From Octopus sinensis (Eukaryota), in assembly GCF_006345805.1 (NCBI RefSeq), contig NC_043010.1, positions 10,912,001 through 10,976,000 on the forward strand: DNA of 64,000 bases. The letters are read 5' to 3'. Of the stretch, positions 55,112 to 64,000 are shown piece by piece. Under the pieces are notes generated by a model. The model worked only from the letters and a program-made list of their open reading frames with translations. It was not told the origin of the DNA and made no database searches. The position numbers and the translations under genes are program-made. Within the stretch, counting starts at the first letter, position 1, and every line of letters starts with the position of its first letter.

Positions 55112-55369
55112 AATAGATCACAGAAGGACTGCTAATATTGACTCAGTCAAAGCAGGAAAAAACTATGAATACAATTATTAAATATGAAAAATTAATGTCC
55201 AATTTATAATAAGAATGACAATTCAAATTGTCATTAAACGAAATTCAATAAAAATTCAGCAAAACATTTATGTTAAACAAGTGCAATTCCCATTACACCT
55301 CTCATTTCTTATATATATATGTGTGTGTGTGTATATATATATGTTCACATATATGTATGTATTTATGTA

Positions 55370-57054
55370 CACTACCGTCAGAAATTAATTAGCACCCTTG
55401 ATTTGCTCTTCACTCAAGGTATTTGCTGTCACCTAGTGGCCATATCTCAAACTATTGCTTTGTTGCGAGTTCACTGTTGCGCAGAACGATGACGTAACTT
55501 TGTTTTCAGAGCGGTTTGAGAGTCTACAGCCTAATGATGTTGACATAGCAGTGCAACAACAACTTGGGGTGCGGATGCAGACAAATCTTCCTTTGTTTAA
55601 TAGATATAGGTAGCGCCTCGCAAGGACCGAAATCACACCGTACTAAGTTTTCTCATCGCGTAAGACGTTTTGAACAGCTTGTAGGTTAATTGATTTGTGT
55701 ATTTGCAAGATTTTTTTTCCTCACAAATTCTCCTACACTCTGCTTGGTGACGTCACTTCCGGTTCACAAAACTTTCTGTTATACATCAAATAAGATGAGA
55801 AATTCTGCTTTCTTTTTTTTTTGTTTAATGAATAATAACTCATAGCAGTTTTGTTATAGCATAACATTATTCAAATGAATAGTTTTAATGAAAATAACTG
55901 GTTTTTATCGTTCATTCCTAGATGGACCCAAGACCTCGCATGACCTTGGAGAGACGGTACAAGGCTCTCTCGTGGCGTGGGAAGCTGTCGGAGGTTGCAA
56001 TAGCCAGAAAACTTGGTGTAGCCAGGCGCACAATTCAGTGCTTATTTAAGAAATACGAGGAAACCGGATCAGCAGCTGACAAAAAGGGTAGGGGACGGAA
56101 GAGGCTGACGACCCAGCGGAGGACCGGATGCTGATCCGAAAGTCACTGTACAACCGAAGGGTAACGAGCCGGCAACTGGCGGAGGAGATGCAAAAGACAG
56201 GGAAGCAGTTGTCTACAACCACCGTCAAGACCAGATTACCGGAAGCTGGTCTAAAATCCTGTAGGGCCACCCGTAAGCCGCTCCTTACAGCCCCAAACCG
56301 GAAGAGGCGGCTGCTCTGGGCCCGTGCCCACAAGACATGGACCGTGCAGCAGTGGCGGACAGTGATGTTCACTTACGAGTCGCGATTCAGTCTCGTCAGT
56401 GATAAGCCTGTCCATGTGCGACACCGCAGGGGTGAGCGCTTCAACAAAGACTGCATTGCTCCCACCATGAAGCAAGGTGGGGGTGGTCTGATGGTGTGAG
56501 GGGCGTTCAGCTACAGTGGTGTTGGGCGGCTCTATGCCGTCGAAGTACGTTGAGATAGTACGGGATACCTCTTTGGTGGCGAGGAGTACTGCTCCAGCAG
56601 GACAACGCACCTTCCCACACAGCCAAGCTCACAACCGGTTTCTTCAAGGACCATGGGGTGACGGTCATGGACTGGCCTGGCCAGTCACCTGACCTGAACC
56701 CTATTGAGAACCTCTGGAGTCGATTGGGTAGGGATTTGAATGTGCAACAATACAGGAACCAACACGAGCTGTTTGGGGCACTTCTTGCTGCATGGGGGGG
56801 CCATCCCTGCACAGTACCTGCAGGCGCTCATAGACAGCATGCCGACTCCGCGTAGCAGCTCTCATTGCTGCCAAAGGAGAGCAACAAGATATTGACTAAA
56901 TTTCACGATTAATAACATTATGTGGTGTGCTGGGATATGTTTTAATAAATTTTTGATTAAAAACGAGTTCGTTTCTGATAATAAGTTAATTAAATAAGAA
57001 AATGTAAGAAAATGTAGAAATTTGAGAAGTGCTAATTAATTTCTGACGCAAGTG
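55370..57054 (+). mobile_element. Full-length Tc1-family DNA transposon (1685 bp)
   Basis: 26-bp TIRs 55370-55395 (cactaccgtcagaaattaattagcac) and 57029-57054 with 2 mismatches; TA on both sides; internal transposase remnant. Confidence 0.95.
55922..56895 (+). pseudogene. Tc1 DD34E transposase pseudogene
   Basis: HTH region (IARKLGVARRTI, GRGRKRLTT), RKPLL, VMFTYESRF (first catalytic D replaced by Y), GGGLMV* (W to stop), QQDNAPSH-x-SPDLNPIENLW with 34 residues between D and E. Several frameshifts and an apparent deletion. Confidence 0.93.
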
Positions 57055-57131
57055 TATGTATGTATGTATGTATGTATTTATATATAAGAAGTTAGAATGA
57101 CAAAGGAATAAACGTGTTATGAAGTCCATTA

Positions 57132-57215
57132 GCTTGCAGCTGTTGTTTCAGCTATGAGATGCAATGTACTCATAGCTGAATGCTTGAGTATCATCTCATT
57201 GCTTCATCAGAACAC
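57132..57215 (-). ncRNA. Degenerate hammerhead ribozyme
   Basis: CUGAUGA; stem II AGC-a-AUGAGAUG/CAUCUCAU-a-GCU plus UACUCA/UGAGUA; GAAA. Stem III ACAACAGCUGC looks like a mutated ACAGCUGU. Stem I is only 3 bp. Confidence 0.5.
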
Positions 57216-57619
57216 AAAGGTGAAAGTGTCGTTCCAAATGAAACTTCATTCTGAAGCCTTATGCATATTGAGTCATGACACCCGGTTGTTAGTATTGGTA
57301 TGCCTAAGCAATATGTGTGTATGTGTGTGTGTGTGTATCATCATCATCATCATCATAGCATGGGTTGTACGATTTGACTGAGGACTAGCAAACCAGATAG
57401 CTGCCCTTCCTAATGCCAACGACTTCGAGAGTGTAGTGGGTGCTTTTACATGCCACTGGCATGAGGGCCAGTCAGGCAGTACTGATATATAATATATACA
57501 TATATATTTATATATATATAAATATATAAATATATATATATGTATGTGTATATATTTATATATATATTTATATATTTATATATATATATTTATATATATT
57601 TATTATATTATTTATATAA

Positions 57620-57992
57620 AAAAAATCAAATCAAAACAAATCAAAATAGAGGCCGTTCACCAGCCTCATCTGGCACCTGTGTCGGTGGCACATAAAAACA
57701 CCATCCAAGCGTGGCCGTCTGCCAGCCTCGTCTGGCACCTGTGTCGGTGGCACATAAAAAACACCATCCGAGCGTGGCCGTTCGCCAGCCTCGTCTGGCA
57801 CCTGTGTCGGTGGCACATAAAATCACCCACTACACTCACGGAGTGGTTGGCGTTAGGAAGGGCATCCAGCTGTAGAAACACTGCCAGATCTGACTGGACT
57901 GGTGCAGCCTTTGGGCTCCCCAGACCCCAGTTGAACCGTCCAACCCATGCTAGCATGGAAAGCGGACGTTAAATGATGATGATGATGATGAT
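57620..57992 (+). mobile_element. Retroposon family C with (GAT)n tail and internal ~62-bp tandem units
   Basis: ggcgttaggaagggcatccagctgtagaaac...ggacgttaaatgatgatg. Related copies at about 3383-3480, 12840-12981, 29740-29887 and 32595-32873 (+), and 6065-6229, 39662-39815 and 58573-58768 (-). Confidence 0.8.
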
Positions 57993-58348
57993 GTGTGTGT
58001 GTATATAGATATGTATAAATACATATATATATTTTTCTTGCCATTCTTTTCATTTTATATCATTTTATAATATCACAAGTATATATTTTATTTTTAACCC
58101 TATATATTAACCCTATATATATAACATAACCCTATATATATATAACATAGATTTTGTAAGTTTTTCGTATTTTTTTCGCATTCTTATTTCTTATTTTATT
58201 TTTATAATTTTTATTTTGTAATTTTTTATTTGAATTTTTATCTGAATTATGGCTTGTACTGTAGGGTCCAGTGATCCTAATTTACACGTACCTATTTTAC
58301 ACATACTGATGGGTTTTGAAAAATTAAAACGATGATAAAGTGATATAA

Positions 58349-58444
58349 GGGGCTGATGATTGGGGTTACATTATAAGAAGGGTTCTAGCAAAACACGGAG
58401 TGGTTTAGGAACCGGGAAATATACTGCATGAAACACGTGTGGCC
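58349..58444 (+). ncRNA. Degenerate hammerhead ribozyme
   Basis: CUGAUGA 58353-58359, GAAA 58430-58433 and palindrome ACACGUGU are present. The site is GUG (not NUH) and stems I and II are poor, so it is probably inactive. Confidence 0.45.
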
Positions 58445-58525
58445 AAGTTATAAAACAGTAGGTATTTAAAATAAAAATTCTTTTTTATATGGTGAGATGA
58501 AGGGGCCTACTAGCTCTAAATAAAA

Positions 58526-58563
<38 letters not shown>

Positions 58564-59062
58564 TATATATATCATCATTATCATCATCATTTAACGCCTG
58601 CTTTCCATGGGTTGGACGATTTGACTAGCGAACCAGATGGCTGTATCAGGTTCCAATCTGATTTGGCAGAGTTTCTACAGCTGTATGCCCTTCCTAACGC
58701 CAACCACTCCGAGAGTGTAGTGGGTGCTTTTACGTGCCACTGGCATGAGGGCCGGTCGGGTGGTACTGATATATAATATATATATATATTTTAATATATA
58801 TAAATATATAAATATATATATATATATATGTATGTGTATATATTTATATATATGTGTGTGTGTATATAGATACGTATAAATACATATATATATATATATA
58901 TTTACATATATTTACACACACACACACACATGTATACACAGGTGAAGGCTACGAAGTTTACTTCATAACCGTATGGCTTAGAGTTTGTTCCCACTGTGCG
59001 ACACTGTTGGTGTCATCTATTGTAGCCTTGAAAAACACAAACAGTAGAAAACCCACTTTATG

Positions 59063-59104
<42 letters not shown>

Positions 59105-59159
59105 TGTGTGTGCACGCGTGTGCATACTTGTGTGCATGTTTGAGTCTTCTTCATACTGC

Positions 59160-59572
59160 TCTTTTACTCTTTTACTCTTTTTACTTGTTTCAGTCATTTG
59201 ACTACGGCCATGCTGCAGCACCGCCTTTTAGTTGATCAAATCGACCCCGGGACTTATTCTTTGCAAGCCCAGTACTTATTCTATTGGTCTCTTTTTGCCG
59301 AACCGCTAAGTGACGGGGACGTAAACACACCAGCATCGGTTGTCAAGCAATGCTAGGGGGACAAACACAGACACACAAACACACACACATACATACATAT
59401 ATATATACATACATATATACGACAGGCTTCTTTCAGTTTCCGTCTACCAAATCCACTCACAAGGCATTGGTCAGCCCGGGGCTATAGCAGAAGACACTTG
59501 CCCAAGATACCACGCAGTGGGACTGAACCCGGAACCATGTGGTTGGTTAGCAAGCTACTTACCACACAGCCA
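59160..59572 (-). mobile_element. SINE family A
   Basis: Reverse-complement match to family A. Confidence 0.85.
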
Positions 59573-59825
59573 GTCTATTAAAACGATGTCGTTATTTACA
59601 TTCTGCCATGAAAATGTATCTGACCACTGTACAGTACATTGTTTGCAAGACAGAAGGAAATATGACCGAAGTTGGAAATAGGTGAGGCTTGGCACTAGTA
59701 AATTTCATCTGATCCATGCCAGCATGACAATATGGAAAAGCATTGATGATGTGGAGGAGGAGGAGTAGCATGAAAAATGCAGATGATGATGACAACAGCG
59801 ATGGTGATGATGTGATGGATGGAAG

Positions 59826-60208
59826 CACTCCGTCGGTTACGACGATGAGGGTTGCGGTTGATCCGAATCAACGGAACAGCCTGCTCGTGAAATTAACATG
59901 TAAGTGGCTGAGCACTCCACAGACACGTGCACCCTTAATGTAGTTCTCGGGGATATTCAGCGTGACACAGAGAGTGACAAGGCCGGCACCTTGAAATACA
60001 GGTACAACAGAAACAGGAAGTAAGAGTGGAGTGAGAGAAAGTTGAGGCGGAAGAGTACAACAGGGGTCACCACCACCCCCTGCAGGAGCCTCGTGGAGCT
60101 TTAGGTGTTTTCGCTCAATAAACACACACAACGCCCGGTCTGGGAATCGAAACCGCGATCCTCCGACCGCGAGACCACTGCCCTAACCACTGGGCCATTG
60201 CGCCTCCG
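59826..60208 (-). mobile_element. tRNA-derived SINE
   Basis: Head ggaggcgcaatggcccagtggttaggg...ggtttcgattcc shared with 53797 (+) and 43278 (-). Confidence 0.8.
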
Positions 60209-60228
60209 ATGATGTGATGATATATATA

Positions 60229-60461
60229 AAGGCGGCGAGCTGGCAGAATCGTTAGCACGCCGGGCAAAATACATAGCCGTATTTCGTCTGCCGTTACTTT
60301 CTGAGTTCAAATTCCGCCGAGGTCGACTTTGCCTTTCATCCTTTCGGGGTTGATTAATTAAGTACCAGTTACACACTGGGGTCGATGTAATCGACTTAAT
60401 CCGTTTGTCTGTCCTTGTTTGTCCCCTCTATGTTTAGCCCCTTGTGGGTAGTAAAGAAATA
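60229..60461 (+). mobile_element. SINE family B
   Basis: Near-identical to 38928-39160; flanked by gatatatataa on both sides. Confidence 0.8.
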
Positions 60462-60664
60462 GATATATATAATGTATAAAAGGGATTAAAATCTGAGCTG
60501 TGTCCTACGGAAACACTACAGCAAATATCAGGTATCAGTTATATATTCATAGATAGTTGATCTTTACGAATACTGTATGCAATTTGATATTCTTGGTCAA
60601 ATATATTAGTGGTAGAATATCTGTTTTTCTGTCTGTCTGTCAGTATATCTATCTATGCACGTAA

Positions 60665-60805
60665 AAAGAAGCTTGCTTCCCAACCACATGGTTCCAGGTT
60701 CAGTCCCACTGCATGGCACTTTGGGCAAGTATCTTCTACTATAGCCTCAGGCCGACCAAAGCCTTATGAGTGGATCTGGTAGATGGAAACTTAAAGAAGC
60801 CCATC

Positions 60806-60858
<53 letters not shown>

Positions 60859-61270
60859 GGAGTGGCTGTATTGTAAGTAGCTTGCTTACCAACCACATGG
60901 CTCCGGGTTCAGTCCCACTGCATGGCACCTTGGGCAAGTATCTTCTACTTTAGCCTCATGCAGACCAAAACCTTGTGAGTGGATTTGGTAGACAGAAACT
61001 GAAAGAAGCCCGTCATCTATCTATATATATGTGTGTGTGTGTGCGTGTATATGTGCGTGTGTGTTTGTGTGTCTGTGTTTGTCTCTTCAACATCACTTGA
61101 CACCCGATGCTGGTGTGTTTACATCCCTGTAACTTAGCAGTTTGGTAAAAGATGCCATTAGAATAAGTACTAAGCTTAGAAAGAATAAGGCCTGGAGTTG
61201 AGTTGCTCGACAAAAGGCAGTGTTCCAGCATGGCCACAGTCAAATAACTGAAACAAGTAAAAGAATAAAA
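60665..61270 (+). mobile_element. Two tandem SINE family A copies (partial 60665-60810, then 60855-61270)
   Basis: Repeated head separated by (TA)n. Confidence 0.8.
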
Positions 61271-61468
61271 TAATATATATATATATACTTTATAATTAGG
61301 GTTCAGCAAAGATTTGCTTCACCACATACCGAAGTTTAGAAATAGCAGTCAAAAAACCTTAGCTATTTCTTCTACTTTAAAAGGGGCTCCCAGAAAAACC
61401 AAAGTACTTGAAAAACAATCTACGCAGGTTAAGGGGAAAAATAACGAAAATCAATCCATATTTGGTTA

Positions 61469-61553
61469 CCCATGTACGCGCGTTTCGGAATTAGATCATA
61501 TAAAGAATATAGAATTATACTTTACCCACCCATTTTCGACTCATCAGCGTGGG
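61469..61553 (-). ncRNA. Type I hammerhead ribozyme, weak stem II base
   Basis: Stem I CCCACG/CAUGGG (1 mismatch); CUGAUGA; GAAA; palindrome ACGCGCGU; GUA site. Confidence 0.65.
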
Positions 61554-61945
61554 ATTCCAACAATATTAAATATTAAATTCGAAGTATTACATAAGCTTAC
61601 CATGAAATGGTTTTTTCATGCCGAATTCTACTTGGTGAAATTACTAATTACTTCTTAATTAATTAATTTTACCCTTTGTTTATGATATATAATATATATA
61701 TATTATTATATTATCAATTATACATATGCATACACTTATCTTTATCCATCTGTCTATCCATTTATCTATCTACCTATGTATCTATCACTCTATCTCTCTC
61801 TATATATATATATAGATATAGATATACATACATACATACATACATACAAGCATACATACTTACATACATATACACAATACATACATATATACATATGTGT
61901 GTGTGTATGTATATTATATGTATATATACATATGCAAATATATAT

Positions 61946-61995
<50 letters not shown>

Positions 61996-61998
61996 TGG

Positions 61999-62031
<33 letters not shown>

Positions 62032-62391
62032 GCATTGGAGGATGCATATAAAAGAAGGAATATTCCCGCTATCACCACTTAAGGTTTCTTGTTACTTGTA
62101 TTTATTCAAGAAAGATGAAATGATCGAATGTAATGGAAAGACATTTTTAGTGAATGAGTGCACCATCAGCTTCATCTAAATATATATGTGTGTATATGTG
62201 TGTGTATGTGTGTGCGTGTATCAATATACATATATATTTATGTAATACGTTTATGTATAATTCATGTTATATGTATACATGCATTGTACATATGGATGTA
62301 TATTGACTTAAGCATACATACATGCAAGTGAATATATGTGTATTTAGAGAGACTGATAGACTGATCAATAGATAGATAGATAGATAGATAT

Positions 62392-62424
<33 letters not shown>

Positions 62425-62479
62425 AAGACAGACAGACAGACAGACAGATACAGACAGACAGAGAGACAGACAGAGAGAC

Positions 62480-62558
<79 letters not shown>

Positions 62559-62878
62559 ACTCAAGTGTACAGATGATCTCCAGATGATTGGAGATCAGAA
62601 CATGACATCAGTTCTTTCTGAGATCTCTGCTCCTTCTATTACATTGTTATTGCTCTTTACAGGGACATCAGTGAAATAATTTCCCAGTTTCCTTTCTCTA
62701 AAATAATAAGTTCCATGCCTACAGATTAGGCTATGTGCAATAGCTTGGAGAAATTCAGTTCCATCAGGCTGACTCACGTTTGTCATACTCTATGGAGATG
62801 AAAGTCTTCAGTGGTGCCCTAACTTAGAATGGGCTACAGGATTGTGGATCATATACATACATATATATATTATGTATG

Positions 62879-62909
<31 letters not shown>

Positions 62910-62928
62910 GGTATGTATATATATATAT

Positions 62929-62996
<68 letters not shown>

Positions 62997-64000
62997 ATAT
63001 ATATATAAATATACATACAAATACAGACATACATTGTAAATACATACATATATATATATTTATATAAATATACATATATGTATATTTTTTTATTATATGT
63101 ATTGTGTACCTTATTTACTGTGGTTAACCCCGAATCAACCCGGGACCTACATATATATGTATATATATATATATCATAATTATATATATATATATATATA
63201 TATAATAGAGTATATATATATATATATATATATCTATATGTAATATATATATATGTATATATAATATATAATATTATATAATATATATATATATATATAT
63301 TATGTATGTATATATATTATTTATTATAAATGTGATCTAAAATGAAAGAAAGCAAAATAGAAAAACATTCCCAAGGTCTAATAATTTTCCAAGTTGAATT
63401 ATCAATTCTCATAAAACAAAAATAGATGTATTTTAAAAATACAAAAAGTATATAAACAAATAAATATATATAACAAAACTAATGTTAAAATAGAACAAAA
63501 AAAAATTAATAAACAAAAATAACTGAAATGAAATATTACAGATGTAATTTCCCACAATGCATTCTTTGGCTAACTTGTACTATATAGATTTGTCTTGTGT
63601 TGTGTCTTGTCAACTTCCTCTGTGGAAATTAAAAAAAGAAGTCCAACATATGCTCATTATTTGAACTTTCAACAGAAGTATTTGTGTTGAAGGAAGACAA
63701 AATGTTATTTGTCAAAATATTCACTGAAAGAAAATGAATAAACGAATAAATAAATAAGTAAATAAAATGTATAAATAACACATAGATAAATAAAAATTTT
63801 AAAATCCCTATAGAAAAGACCAATAAATTTTTAGATAATTTTCCTGTTGTTATTTTTTCCTACATAAATAGCAATGTTGCAGAATTTATTGATATTTTGG
63901 GAAATTCAGTGGTGAATTACTTATTCCTTTTTTTCTTTTCGCTTCCACCTAAAGAATATACTTATGTATAATAATAAGAGACTCTTCCTTAATCCATACA

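Noticed and set aside
57651-57830. CRISPR-like regularly spaced repeats
   Set aside because: Eukaryotic context, the whole unit repeats without unique spacers, and there are no cas genes.

Overview
AT-rich eukaryotic DNA packed with microsatellites and SINEs. The protocadherin type and the repeat landscape point to a coleoid cephalopod, most likely Octopus (inference). There is one clear host gene: a minus-strand protocadherin whose signal peptide, six cadherin repeats, TM helix and proximal tail lie in one large exon (ATG 11670, probable splice donor after 9274). The rest is intronic or intergenic. It contains a full-length but broken Tc1 (DD34E) transposon, a Helitron, a Helentron-type element, hAT- and piggyBac-type MITEs, CR1 and R4/Dong LINE fragments, several tRNA-derived SINE families and a 100-N gap. 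Nearly all other ORFs in the track are microsatellite or SINE artefacts. The most striking unannotated signal is about nine dispersed type I hammerhead ribozyme motifs on both strands. They have unrelated primary sequences but one architecture: CUGA(U/A)GA, a long stem II, GAAA, an 8-nt palindromic stem III and a GUA/GUU cleavage site. They sit in AT-rich non-coding inserts, usually beside simple repeats. Some of these inserts, and related ones, have fold-back ends, as expected for Penelope-like element remnants. One motif lies sense-strand in the putative protocadherin 3' region. Coordinates were read by eye and repeat boundaries are approximate.
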